Below are positions 48,004 to 60,149 of a DNA stretch of 64,000 bases, piece by piece; within the stretch, counting starts at the first letter, position 1; every line of letters starts with the position of its first letter. Source of the DNA: Heteronotia binoei (taxonomy: Eukaryota). The stretch is from contig NC_083227.1 in NCBI RefSeq assembly GCF_032191835.1, forward strand, positions 24,800,001-24,864,000, given 5' to 3'. Made by a program: the position numbers and the translations under genes. Below the pieces are notes generated by a model, which was not told the DNA's origin, did not search any database, and was given only the letters and a program-made list of their open reading frames with translations.

Positions 48004-48299
48004 AAAGTAATGGTAGTCCCCTATACAAGCACCAATCATTTCCAACTCTGGGGTGATGTTGCATCACAAAGTTTTCACGGCAGACTTTTTACAGGATGGT
48101 TTGCCATTGCTTTCCCCAGTCATCTACACTTTCCCCCCAGCAAGCTGGGGACTCATTTTACTGACCTCGGAAGGATGGAAGTCTGAGTCAACCTTGAGCC
48201 CGCTTCCTGAACCCAGCTTCTGCCGGGATCAAATTCAGGTCGTGAGCAGAGTTTGGACTGCAGTACGGCAGCTTTTCCACTCTGCACCACGGGGCTCCT
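48004..48299 (+). mobile_element. Sauria SINE with 12-bp TSD
   Basis: TSD TATTTCAATTTA at 47992-48003 and 48300-48311. Confidence 0.82.
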
Positions 48300-48719
48300 T
48301 ATTTCAATTTAGGTTACATCAATATAGGCATAGAGTGTCCAGGTCACAAGAATGAACAAGTTGCACTATAAATTGCTCTTGACAGACTAAGGATTGGAAA
48401 CTTCCAGGTGGGGCCTGGAGATTTCCCGGAATTACAATTGATTTCCAGGTGACAGGTATCAGCCCCCTAGAGAAGATGGCAGCTTTGGAGGGGGGGGGGG
48501 GCACTGTAGCAATGCATTCCCAAACCCTATCCTCAGGCTCCACCCCCAAATTTCCAGAAACTTCCCAGCCTAGAGGTGGCAACCATATGTATGCATGTGT
48601 GTAACAAAATATCTGCCTAATAAGGTCCTACTACATGCATATGACTTAGTAGAGTCTTTAATGGAAGAACATAAATTTGTTAAAATTTTAGGAGCCTCCA
48701 AGCTTCTGAATTGTCTACT

Positions 48720-49420
48720 GGCAAGTGCTGTCCTTAGGGCAAGCGTGGTCTCCATTATTCCCTATGGGCAATCATATATTTTCTATTGCCAATCATACAC
48801 GGTGTACGGGCAATCACTGTCCTCACTGTGAAAGCCTGGTCTCCTTTATTTCCTATGAGCAAGCGTGGATTCCACTATTTCTTATTCACAAGCGCAGATT
48901 TCATTGTTTCTTATGGGGAAGCATGGTCTCCATTATTCCCTATGGTCAAGTGTGGATTCTCTTTTGGCAATTGTGTATAGTCTAAGGGCAATCACTGTCT
49001 TTAATCCCTATGGGCAAGGTGATCTCCATAATTCTTTACGGGCAAATTAGTGTCCATTATTCCCTATGGTCAAGTGTGGGTTCTCTATTGGCAATCATGT
49101 ATAGTCTATGGGCAATCACTTTCCTGAAGGCAAGCCTGGACATTATTTCCTATGGGCAATCATCTATTCTCTATTGGCAATCATGTATTGTCTATGGACA
49201 ATTGCTGTCCTTAGGGAAAACCTGGTCTCCATTATTCCCTTTTGACCAGCATGGATTCTCTATTGGCAGTCATGTATGGTCTATGGGCAATCGCTGTCCT
49301 TCACGGAAATCTGGTCTCCATTATTCCCTATGGGCAAGTGTGCTCTCTATTATTCCCTACAGGCAATCTTGCATTCTCCATTAGCAATCATGTATATTTT
49401 ATGGTCAATTACTATCCTTA
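48720..49420. repeat. Degenerate higher-order minisatellite built from GGGCAA-initiated 19-29 bp subunits
   Basis: Recurring GGTCTCCATTATTCCCTATGGGCAA / TTCTCTATTGGCAATCATGTAT..TCTATGGGCAATC; about 90-bp higher-order unit. Confidence 0.8.
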
Positions 49421-49658
49421 ATTTTAGTACGCCCAACTTGGATTTTACTGTGCAAAATGGTAAAATCCACTTGCAAACAAGTCACCGAAGGGGATGGAAA
49501 CTGCATCATTCAGCACGTGTGAAAGCACCCAAATTCATTAAATAAATAAACATACATTGAATACATCAAATGCCTTAGACTGGTCAGCAGGCAAGATGGA
49601 AACAGGTAGGACGTGGGTTAATGGATCCTTTGAGAGAAAGAAGGAAGCGTGGCTCACT

Positions 49659-49902
49659 AAGGGTTAAACTAGCAGAGCGGAGTTTCCTAGAGAGGACCAG
49701 AAAGGAAAAGGGGGGGCTGTGTTTTTTTTCTTAAACAAATAAGAGTGAATCCCCTTCCTTTTCATATTGAGATTCTCAGTAGCACTGGTGCACACACCTG
49801 GACATCAAAGGAGAGGTGAGTTCGGGTGCAAAGGTTTTTTCCCAGGGCAATGTCTTTGCCCAAGCCAGCCTGGGGCAGGAAAGAGCAATTCTGAAGCAGG
49901 AG
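49659..49902 (+). promoter_or_regulatory. Promoter cassette copy D / first non-coding exon of ZSCAN gene 3
   Basis: AAGGGTTAAA...GAGCGGAGTTTCCTAGAGAGG; donor AATTCTGAAGCAGGAG|GTGGGG at 49903 resembles the copy C donor. Confidence 0.5.
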
Positions 49903-50945
49903 GTGGGGTTTTGTGAATGCCACTTTACGCAAACAGACCCACAATTATTAGGGTGGCACAGCAAAACCTTCATCTTCTACATATATAGTTGGGGGGAGGA
50001 GAGTGTTTTTTACCTAGGCATTTTTTATTATGCATGATTTTTTTGTTTGTTTCTTTATCCCCCACCCCAAACAACAGCATTTTTTAAAAAAAACCCCTTA
50101 ATGTTGCAGAACCTGTTTTCAGTGTTATCAGACGCTTATCAAAATCGACTGAAGCATTAAAAAAAATCATTCCCGTTTGATATGGGGTTATGTGCCGATT
50201 TCCACCAGGCTGGGCTTCAGGTCTTTTAACATGTGATCCACTGAGGGTTATACATTTTGGACCTCTTGTGAGGTACCTCAAGAGTTCTCAAAAAGAACAG
50301 GCACAGATGTTTGACATTTAGTTTTTTTTTAAAATGCACGATGAGTGCACTTCTTATTTCTGCAGGGTGAGTTTATTTGAATACGGCTGCTGAATGTATG
50401 CTAAGCTGCCGCTTAAATTATGTTTTATTGCTAGTGGATTGTTTACGTTACACTGTAGGTGGATCTCTTTGACGGCTGCCGTGGGATTCTTTGATTTGAG
50501 AACACAAGGTGGAAATATTTCATGTAAATAGGTTTGCCAGGCCTCAGGGTATGGCCTAGTTTCCCAGGCTTTGGATCTCTAGGGAAAAGAGTAAGATCTT
50601 GGCCTGCGATGCAAAAAGGAGGGGCTGTTTTCTAACTAGTGAGTAATCTTTGCTAACTCAACTCATTAGACCAACCCTAAAGTGACCTAGAATGTCAGAC
50701 TAGGTAGATTAACCATCCTCCACATGGGGCCTGAGGATCTCCTAGAATTGTAGCTCATCTCCGGACTACAGAGATCAGTTCACTTGAAGAAAATGGGAGC
50801 TGTGGAGAATGGACTCTGTGACCCAGGGTGACCCAGTCAATTTGGTTTACCTAGACTTCAAGAAATCTTTTGATAAAGTTCCTCGTCAAAGGCTCCTCAG
50901 TCAATTCAACAGTTGTGGGATAAGAAGGCAAGTCCTCTTATGTGG

Positions 50946-52110
50946 ACATGTGGACAAAGGAGACCCGATAGATATTGTTTACCTTGACTTCCAGAAAGCT
51001 TTTGATAAAGTTCCTCATCAAAGGCTCCTTAGTAAGCTTGAGAGTCATGGAGTAAAAGGACAGGGCCTCTTGTGGATCAAAAACTGGCTAATTAATAGGA
51101 AGCAGAGAGTGAGTATAAATGGGCAGTCTTCGCAGTGGAGGATGGTAAGCAGTGGAGTGCCGCAGGGCTCAGTACTGGGTCCCATGCTCTTTAACTTGTT
51201 CATAAATGATTTGGAGTTGAGAGTAAGCAGTGAAGTGGCCAAGTTTGCAGATGACACTAAATTGTTCAGGGTGGTGAGAACCAGAGAGGATTGTGAGGAA
51301 CTCCAAAGGGATCTGTTGAGGCTGGGTGAGTGGGCGTCAACGTGGCAGATGAGGTTCAATGTGGCAAAATGCAAAGTAATGCACATTGGGGCCAAGAATC
51401 CCAGCTACAAATACAAGTTGATGGGGTGTGAACTGGCTGAGACTGACCAAGAGAGAGATCTTTGGGTCATGGTAGATAACTCATTGAAAATGTCAAGATT
51501 GCAATAAAAAAGGCCAATGCCATGCTGGGAATTATTAGGAAGGGAATTGAAAACAAATCAGCCAGTATCATAATGCTCCTGTATAAATCGATGGTGCGGT
51601 TTCATTTGGAATACTGTGTGCAGTTCTGGTCACCGCACCTCAAAAAGGATATTATAGCATTGGAAAAAGTGCAGAAAAGGGCAACTAGAATGATTAAAGG
51701 TTTGGAACACTTTCACTATGAAGAAAGGTTAAAATGCTTGGGGCTCTTTAGCTTGGAGAAAAGTCGACTGCAGGGTGACATGATAGAGGTTTACAGGATT
51801 ATGCATGGGATGGAGAAGGTAGAGAAAGAAGTACTTTTCTCCCTTTCTCTCAATACAAGAACTTGTGGGCATTCAATGAAATTGCTGAGCAGTCGGGTTA
51901 GAACGGATAAAAGGAGGTACTTCTTCACCCAAAGGGTGATTAACATGTGGAATTCACTGCCACAGGAGGTGGAGGCGGCTACAAGCATAGCCAGCTTCAA
52001 GAGGGGGTTAGATAAAAATATGGAGCAGAGGTCCATCAGTGGCTATTAGCCACAATGTGTGTATATATATATTGGCCTGATCCAACATGGCTTCTCTTAT
52101 GTTCTTATGT
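50946..52110 (+). mobile_element. Young 5'-truncated CR1 (RT C-terminal half, frameshifted near 51500)
   Basis: ORFs 50809-51507 and 51522-52049 are nearly identical to the 7948 ORF2; (TTCTTATG)n tail. Confidence 0.9.
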
Positions 52111-52190
52111 TCTCTTCTGGATTAAAAACTGGTTCATGAACAAGGAACAGCGTGTATAAATGGGCAATATTCCCAGCGGTACGTGGTAAG

Positions 52191-52409
52191 CAACGTTCAT
52201 TCCCTCTAAGCTGCAGAACCTTGTGAGCAAATATTCTACTTGGCGAGCTACTGGCATTCAAGTTGTGAGCTAGTGGCATTCAAGTTGTGAGCTACTGCGC
52301 AAAGCAGTGTGCTCTGGGGATGTCCTTTGTGAGCTAGGAAAAAATGTGTGAGCTGGAGGCTATGAATCTGTGAGCTAGCTCGTGCTAACTCAGTTTAGAG
52401 GGAACCCTG
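52191..52409. mobile_element. hAT MITE (family of 3785-3978), 8-bp TSD
   Basis: TSD GTGGTAAG at 52183-52190 and 52410-52417. Confidence 0.78.
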
Positions 52410-54933
52410 GTGGTAAGCAGTGGTGTATCATAGGGTTCAATGTTTCGTTTGGTGCTTTTTAGCTTGTTCATTGATTATTTGGATTTGGAGTAAGCAGTGA
52501 AGTGGCTAGGTTTGGGGATGACTCTAAGTTGTTTAGGGCAGTAAGAACCAGGGAGAACTGTGAGGTGCTCCAGAGGGATCCGTCAAGACTGGGTGAATGG
52601 GCATCAATGTGGTCAGTGAGGTTCAACGTGGGCAAGTGCAAAGTAATTCACAATGAAGCCAAAAATCCTAAGTAGAAGTATACTTTGATAGGGTCTGAAC
52701 TGGTGGGAACTGACCAGAAAACAGGCCTTGGAATCCTGGTAGATAACTCACTGAAGATGTTGAGTGAGTGTGCAACTGCAATAAAAATGCTAAATTTGGG
52801 ATTATTAGGAAGGGGATAGAAAACAGATTAGCCATACCCTTGTATAAATCTATGGTGTGGCCTCATTTGGAATCCTGTGTACAGTTCTGGTCACTGCATC
52901 TCAAAAAAGATATAGCATTGGAAAAGGTGCAGGAAAGGGCAACTAAAACGATTAAGGGGATGGAACACCTTACCTATGAAGAAAAGTTAAAGAGATGAGG
53001 GCTGTTTAGCTTGGAGAAATGGTGAATGAGGGTGACTTGACAGAGGTTTATAAAATGCATGGGATAGAGAAGGCAGATAAAGAAGTCCTTTTCTTCCTTC
53101 CTCATAATAGAAGAACTCATGAGCACTCAAAATTAATGAGTAGTAGGCTTAGAAAACATAAAAGTCAGTACTCCTTCACCCAGAGAGTAATTAACACATG
53201 GAATTTACTGCCGCGGGAAGTGGTGACATCTACAAGCACAGACAACTTCAAGAGGGGATTGGATAAACATCTGGAGCAGAGATCAACAGTGGCCATCAGC
53301 CACAGGGTACAGATGTGTCTGGGGCAGTGATGTATTCTTGATGCTTGGGGAACAAGAATGGGAGGGCTTCTGGAGTTCTGGTCCCACTGGTGGGCCTCCT
53401 GATGGCACCTGGATTTTGGCCACTGTGTGACACAAGAATGATGGACTGGATGGGCCATGGTCCTGATCCAACATGGCATCTCTTATGTTCTTTCATATAT
53501 ACCATAGAGCAGGGCTGGCCCTAGACTGTCTGGCACCCTAGGCAAGGCTAATGTCTGTCACCCCCCCCCCCCCCATTCCCGCACTGATAATGTCACCGAG
53601 TCACATGAGGGGCACCAAATCGGGCCCCACACAGAAGGCCAGAACCCTAGGCAACTGCCTAGTTTGCCTAGTGGCAGCCGTTGGCCCTGCCATAGAGTTT
53701 ACCGGAAAAATAAGAGTGGGAGGACTTCTGGAGTTCTGGTTCAATGATGCCCCTCCTGATGGCACCTGGATTCTGGCCACTGTGTGACACAATAATTTTG
53801 GACTAGATGGGCCATTGTCCTGATCCAACAAGGCTTCTCTTGTGTTCTTTTATATCTACCATAGAGTTTACAGAAGATATAAGTGCCTCCACTGGCACTG
53901 CTCCCAGATCACCAGGAATTTCCAGTAACAGAATTAGCAGCCCTATTGGATGGGGAAGACCTACTCAGCCTTGAAACTGACCCTGGCTGAAGGAAGGGAC
54001 ATGGTGTGTGTGATGTCAGCGATGTTGCTACATCACTTTTGGGTAAAACTCTGAATTTACAAGGGGTAGTTTTAGGGATTGTCAGAAATTCTGTGGTAAA
54101 AGCACTGAGTTTCTGGTGATTCCTAGAGCCACCCTTATGCCAGTTTCAGGTTTTACCCAAAAGTAATGTAGCTAAGTTGGCAACATCACTGTTTTTTACT
54201 TTATTTTCCTTCCACTGCAGCTTCAGAGGCCTGGCAGGTCTTATTGGCTGACCTCATATCACTTGGTTTGTCAGTTCTATCCTACTTCACAGGGTTATTG
54301 TGAGGATAAAGTGGTGTAGAGGAAGACTATGTAGATTGCCCTGGGCTCCTAAGAAAAAGGGTGGGATAGCATGGGATAGATAGAAGTTAAATATTTAAGA
54401 TGTTTTCCCTCAGTATGATCTCAGTCTCTACTGTTCTTTTTTCTTTCAGGAAGAGCATATTTTCTTTCTCTCAAATATCAGCAAATTGATACTTCATATC
54501 CTGGCTCTTTAAAGATCCCAAGAATCTGGAATATTTCCAAAAGACACTTTTTCATTTGGGACCATCTTTCGTAGTGAGAGTAAAATTCAAAGGCCTTAAG
54601 ATTCCTCAAGGTTCTGTTGGACTCTGAGGGACAAGTAATAAACATTGTAGAATTCATACAGATTTAATCTTTAATTCGTTTTTACAGATAACACATCACT
54701 GTGGCATTTTGATGTGCTAAATTTGGGGCATACTTTAGTTGCCACCAGTTGTAAAGCACTCTGGGATTGTAACTAAGCCATAAGTAATTCAATTTTATTT
54801 TATATTTTTCCCTCAGAGGGAAAACTTCATTGAGTGAGAAAGGTCACATACAGCACAAGAGTGTTTGTAACTGACGTGACAGTGTAGGCCGCAACTAAGG
54901 AGAAGCCTGAGGAACACTGGCCCACGAGACAAA

Positions 54934-55752
54934 ATGGCTGCCGATCAGGGAATCCTGTCAAACTTTGGTCTCCATTTCCAAGCAGATGTAGAACCCTGGA
55001 GGCCTCCCAGGATGAAAACAGAGGAACAAGATCCAGAAAGTTCTAAAGAAGCAGAGGAATTAGAGAGGAAAAGGAAAGCTCCTCTGGTCATCCAAGCTGG
55101 GAGTATCAAGGAATTCCTGAAAAGGAAACCAGGTCAACAGGCTAGGAAGGAATCGAGTGAGGCACTCCTACAACACTGGGAAACCCAGTGGCAAGAGTTT
55201 CTGAAGACAGTAGAGTCCCCTCACGCAGGCTGGGGGATCCCACAATTGTTGGTAGAGCCCACACCATGGGACGACACTAAAGGGTTCCTGGCCTCCTTTG
55301 AGCAAGTGGCCGAAGCCTGTCAGTGGCCCAAAGAAGTGTGGGCAACCCGACTCCTGCCGGCCCTCAGCGGAGAAGCTGAACAGGCCTTTAGAAGGCTGGA
55401 TCCAAGAGACAGGGAGGATTATGGAAAGGTGAAGGGGACCATTTTGCAATGGGATGCCCTTACCAGGGAAAGGAAACGCCAGCAGTTCAGGCGCTTCTGC
55501 TACCAGGAAGCTGAGGGGCCAAGGGCAGTTTATAGCCAGCTCCGGGAACTTTGCCATGGATGGCTGAAGGCTGAGAAACAAACCAAGGAGCAAATCTTGG
55601 AGCTGCTTATTCTGGAGCAATTCTTGACTGTCCTGCCCCCGGAAATGCAGAGCTGGGTCAGGGAAAGTGGCCCAGAGACATGTTCCCAGGCAGTGGCCCT
55701 GGCAGAAGGTTTTCTACTGAGTCAGCAAGCGATTGAGAGGAAGGAAGAGCAG
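54934..55752 (+). CDS. ZSCAN gene 3, first coding exon: Gag-capsid-like N-terminal extension + SCAN domain
   Basis: ATG in GACAAAATGGCTGC context; [42 protein letters not shown]...[10 protein letters not shown] precedes [20 protein letters not shown]...LEQFLTVLP; phase-0 donor GAGCAG|GTGAGA. Confidence 0.9.
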
Positions 55753-56422
55753 GTGAGAACATTTGATCTGGACCATCCCAAAGGGCCTGGTACTAGTGAT
55801 GAGTTGTGGAAGGCAATTCAGGGTTGGAAAATTCCTGGAGATTTGTGGGTATGGCCAGAGGAGGGAAGGCACCTCTGCAGGATATGATGCCATAGAGTCC
55901 ACCCTCCAAAGCAGCTGTTTTTTTATACAAGGTCTCCAGACCGCAACCACATGTTGGCAATCATATATACTCGATGGACAAAAAAAGAAGTTGGGGGAAA
56001 GGTCTTTCATCTTTCTCAACTAGAGTGTTCACTAACATTGCAAAGAAAGTTGTCAGGTCTTTTGTTTTGGACTTCACACTCAGGTTTTGGGTTTCATGAC
56101 TGGGGACTCTGGTAGGCTGAATCCTCAAGGCCTCTAGTGAGCCAGCATATTTGAGGCTTCTGTAATCTCTGGGCTATCGGCTTGTCCACGTTCTTGATGC
56201 TGCCTCTATGCATGCCTGCTACTAGGAAGAGGGCGTAGCTCAGTGGTAGATCATCTGCTCGGCATACAGAAGGTCCCATGTTCAATCCCTGGAGTCTCCA
56301 GTTGAAAGGATGAGGTAGACCAAAGAGCTAACTCGGTAAAAGACAGGTTCATTTCAAGAGGGGCCATGGCTCAGTGGCAGAGGCTCTGCTTGGAATCCCC
56401 TACAGCACAAGGACCTTCACTG

Positions 56423-57736
56423 CAGGGCTGTAGCCAGAAAATCTTGGATGGAGGGACCCAACTGCCCAAGGGATAAAAGTTCAGGTGAAGGGGCCCAAAA
56501 TGCTGCCAAAGGGGGGAGGAGGGCCACCGTAAGAAACACTCCAATGTTAATAGGAGCCATTGTGGCCACCCACCTCCAGCCAGCTCCCCTGCTGCTCCTT
56601 CTTGCCGCCATGGACTCTCGCTGCCTCCGCCTCCTGCACCCGCACCCTCCAGTGGGGGAGGGTCCTGATACTTGTACAGTGTGCTCCGCCGAGGCCGAAG
56701 ATGCTGCGCTCTGCCTGGCGCTATGCCCAGCGTGAAGCCAGAACCCGGCTGCTGCTCCTGCCGGGGTCAGCAAGTGGGTGAGGGTCTGCTGCGGCCAGCA
56801 GGCAGAGGAAAGGGCGCCATGAGCAAAAGGCCCTGCTGCTGCTGCTGCAGGCGGAGGGACAGCCTGGTCTGATGGTAGGGTTGCCAATCCCCAGGTGGGG
56901 GCAGGGGATCCCCCAGTTTGGAGGCCCTCCCCCCACTTCAGGGTCATCAGAAAGCGCAGGGTGGTGGGAAATGTCTGCTGGGTACTCATGATTCCCTATG
57001 GAGATTTATTCCCATAGAAAATAATGAAGAATTGATCTGTGGGTATCTGGGGCTCTGAGGGCTGTTTTTTTGAGGTAGAGGCACCACATTTTCAGTATAG
57101 TATCCAATGGCTCTCTGCAAAATGCTCCCTAAGTTTCAAAGAGATTGGGCCAGGGGGTCCAATTCTATGAGCTCCTAAAGAAGGTGCCCTGATCCTTCAT
57201 TATTTCCTATGGAAGGAAGGAATTGAAAAGATGTGCCGTCCCTTGAAATGTGATGGTCAAAACTCCCTTTGGAGTTAAATTATGCTTGTCACACCCTTGC
57301 TCCTGGCTCCACCCCAATGTCTTCTGGCTCCACCTCCAAAGTCTCCCAGCTCCACCCCAAAGTCCTCAGATATTTCTTGAATTGGACTTGGCAACCCTAT
57401 CTGATGGAGAAGAGAGGGCTCACCTTGGCAGGACGGCACACCTGTGTCACCCTGGGGGGGGGGGCGTGCTTCCTTAGCACAGGCAGCAGGCGCCTTACCT
57501 TGGCTGTGGCGCTCGGGTTGCCAGGCTGGCTTCGCTCGCTTTGGGTGGAAAGTTTTCTCTGAACGGGAGCTTGAAACGGGGCAGAGGAGGAGGAGGGTGA
57601 AGGTGGCACACTCCGCTTGTCTCTCCCACTCTATCCCACGGGTCCTGAAGACCCTCCAATGGAAGGGCCCTACATCGGGAAGTGGGGGTTTAACAGAACG
57701 GCATGGCCCCCCTGGGCCCCCGTAGCTACGGGCCTG
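56423..57736. mobile_element. GC-rich non-autonomous hAT-like element containing a nested element
   Basis: Termini CAGGGCTGTAGC / GCTACGGGCCTG; near-TSD CTTCACTG / CTTCACTT. Confidence 0.6.
56876..57399. mobile_element. Non-autonomous hAT element with TAGGGTTGCCA TIRs, 8-bp TSD
   Basis: TSD TCTGATGG at 56868-56875 and 57400-57407. Confidence 0.85.
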
Positions 57737-57981
57737 CTTCACTTTGTGACTTAAGCTAAGCTGTGGCAGCCATTTTGTGGCTGCATCCACCGCATTATGT
57801 CAGAATTCCAATGGTGCTCAAAAAGGTCAGGGAACCCTGGTATAGACAGCACTAAGATAGATGGGTCAAGGCTTTGATTTGATATGTGATGTTCCTACAA
57901 TCTTTTCATTCTCCAGAGGTTATGGGCAGCTCATTCAGTCTTACTCTTCCACTGTGATTGACTTTCCGTTTTCTGTTTCAG

Positions 57982-58099
57982 GTGCCAGCACCATTTGAAG
58001 AAAAGCCTGGGACTTTTTGTGAGGCAAAGAAGATGATATCAGACCTTACGCCACGGCAGGTGTCCAGGGAAGGTGACAGTGGAGGCATGAGACCTCTGG
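57982..58099 (+). CDS. ZSCAN gene 3, linker exon
   Basis: Acceptor TTTTCTGTTTCAG (phase 0), donor CTGG|GTAAGC (phase 1); reads VPAPFEEKPGTFCEAKK...VSREGDSGGMRPLG. Confidence 0.75.
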
Positions 58100-58159
58100 G
58101 TAAGCGTCCCCTGTGTCAGGGTTAATGGGTGGGTGCTTCTAGGCTGAGAAGACAGGACT

Positions 58160-58335
58160 TAGGGCTTTTTTTGTAGCAGGAACTCCTCTGCATATTAGGC
58201 CACACACCCCTGATGTCCTCCAAGAGCTTATAGGGCTCTTAGTACAGGGCCTACTGCAAGCTCTTGGAGGATTGGCTACATCAGGGGTGTGTGGCCTAAT
58301 ATGCAAAGGAGTTCCTGTTACAAAAAAAACCCCTG
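58160..58335. mobile_element. Palindromic MITE
   Basis: AGGGCTTTTTTTGTAGCAGG...AAAAAAACCCCTG hairpin. Confidence 0.7.
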
Positions 58336-58593
58336 CATACAACGGGAAAGGAGTGGGCTTTGCAAACCAGGTTTTGCTCAAGAATCCATTTGCTTTTAAA
58401 GTTAAGTTATTTTTTTTAAAAAGCAAACCCCCAAACAGTGTGCACAGACATTAAACAAGAGATAGATTCAGGTGGGTAACTATGTTGGTCTGAAGCAATA
58501 GAACAAAGTTTGAGCCCAGTTTGAGCCCAGTGGCACCTTTAAGACCAACAAAGTTTAATTCTGGGTGTGCACATGAAAGTTTATACCCAGAAT

Positions 58594-58777
58594 CAGAGCT
58601 TTTTTTTTGTTTCAGGAACTCCTTTACATATTAGGCCACACACCCCTGATGTAGCCAATCCTCCAAGAGCTTACAGGGCTTTTAGTACAGATCCTACTGT
58701 AAGCTCCATGAGGATTGGCTACATCAGGGGTGTGTGGCCTAATATGCAAAGGAGCTCCTGCTAGAATTCCACCCCTG
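58594..58777. mobile_element. Palindromic MITE
   Basis: Hairpin with GGCCACACACCCCTGATGTAGCCAATCC arms. Confidence 0.7.
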
Positions 58778-59061
58778 CATCCAAGTACTGACTAAAGCCA
58801 TCCTTGTTTACCTTCCAAGATCAGAAGAGATCAGGCTGTCCAGGTCAGGATTTGCCCAAGGTAAGGCAATGCCATCCAATAGCATGAGACGTCCAACAAA
58901 CAATTCAGTAGGACTAAAATCACAAAAATTTGAGACAACACAAAGAAGAATCAGATGTGCGATGTCATAAATGATGCAAAAAAGAACGGGTTCGTGAAAG
59001 TAGAAAGTCATACTGTAAGAGCAAGAGAATAATATACAGTAACCAAGGGAACGCCCTGACG

Positions 59062-59226
59062 TGGATAGCCCAGGCTGGCCTGATCTTGTCAGATCTTGGA
59101 AGCTAAGCAGGATCAGCCCTGGCCAGTATTTAGATGGGAGACCTCCAAGAAATACCAAGGGTCCCTATGCAGAGTCAGGCAATGGCAGACTGCCTCTGGA
59201 TGTCTCTTGCCTTGAAAACTATAAGG
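59062..59226 (+). mobile_element. 5S rRNA-derived SINE, interrupted by a hAT element (resumes at about 60030-60062)
   Basis: CCTGATCTTGTCAGATCTTGGAAGCTAAGCAGG...GATGGGAGACC matches vertebrate 5S rRNA positions of about 28-100. Confidence 0.75.
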
Positions 59227-60023
59227 CAGGGGTGGACAAACTTGTTTAATGTAAGAGCCACATAGAATGATGCTTGAGAGCCGCAAGACATGAATGCCAG
59301 TTGTTGGAAGGAAGGAAGGAAGGAAGGAAGGAAGGAAGGAAGGGAGGGAGGGAGGGAGGGAGGGAGGGAGGGAGGGAGGGAGGGAGGGATGATGGCTCAG
59401 TGGTAGAGCATCTGCTTGGTAAGCAGAAGGTTTCAGGTTCAATCGCTAGCATCTCCAACTAAAAAAAAGGGTCCAGGGAAATAGGGGTGAAAAACCTCAG
59501 CTTGAGACCCTGGAGCGCCGCTGCCAGTCTGAGTAGAAAATACTGACTTTGATGGACTGAGGGTCTGATTCAGTANNNNNNNNNNNNNNNNNNNNNNNNN
59601 NNNNNNNNNNNNNNNNNNNNNNNNNNNNNNNNNNNNNNNNNNNNNNNNNNNNNNNNNNNNNNNNNNNNNNNNNNNNNNNNNNNNNNNNNNNNNNNNNNNN
59701 NNNNNNNNNNNNNNNNNNNNNNNNNNNNNNNNNNNNNNNNNNNNNNNNNNNNNNNNNNNNNNNNNNNNNNNNNNNNNNNNNNNNNNNNNNNNNNNNNNNN
59801 NNNNNNNNNNNNNNNNNNNNNNNNNNNNNNGGGAGAGGTGGAAAGAAAGCAACTAACTTTAAATGCATTCTCCAAGCTGCCAGCTGGCTTGGCTTAGCGA
59901 AGTGATTTAAAGAAACAAATGCCTTCTCCAAGCTGGCCAATGGGGCCATGGGGACTTCAAGGACCATACAATATGTGTGAAAGAGCCACATGTGGCTCCT
60001 GAGTCATAGTTTGGCCACCCCTG
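59227..60023. mobile_element. Non-autonomous hAT with nested family B SINE and assembly gap
   Basis: CAGGGGTGGACAAAC / TTTGGCCACCCCTG; flanks CTATAAGG / TTGTAAGG. Confidence 0.7.
59576..59830. other. Assembly gap (255 N)
   Basis: Run of N. Confidence 1.
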
Positions 60024-60149
60024 TTGTAAGGGGTCGTCATAAGTCAGCTGTGACTTGACAGCAAAAAACAACTACTACCATCAAGGGAATAAACTTAGTA
60101 CGGTTCTCTTTGTCAGAGTGCCCTCCATTCCATTATACAGCATCCTTCT

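Larger units (their letters stand above)
50810..53495 (+). mobile_element. Older CR1 RT/3' fragment, interrupted by a young CR1 and a hAT MITE
   Basis: DPVNLVYLDFKKSFDKVP...QVLL resumes as WIKNWFMNKEQRV after 52110; decayed RT continues to a TCTTATGTTCT tail. Confidence 0.75.

Noticed and set aside
48720-49420. CRISPR-like repeat-spacer array; long ORFs 48725-49545
   Set aside because: Vertebrate context; the spacers are themselves degenerate repeats; the ORFs are a by-product of the repeat and have no domain.
55753-55887. C-terminal 44 aa of the 317-aa ORF
   Set aside because: Read-through past the GAGCAG|GTGAGA donor; intronic.
56417-56989. 190-aa Ala-rich ORF / CTG-repeat gene or CpG island
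   Set aside because: Lies inside a TSD-flanked non-autonomous element and crosses a nested insertion boundary; no domain.
59062-59160. 5S rRNA gene
   Set aside because: Diverged from 5S, lacks the termini, and is fused to a repeated non-rRNA tail; a SINE head.
59439-59991. ORFs spanning the N-run
   Set aside because: Artefacts of the assembly gap.
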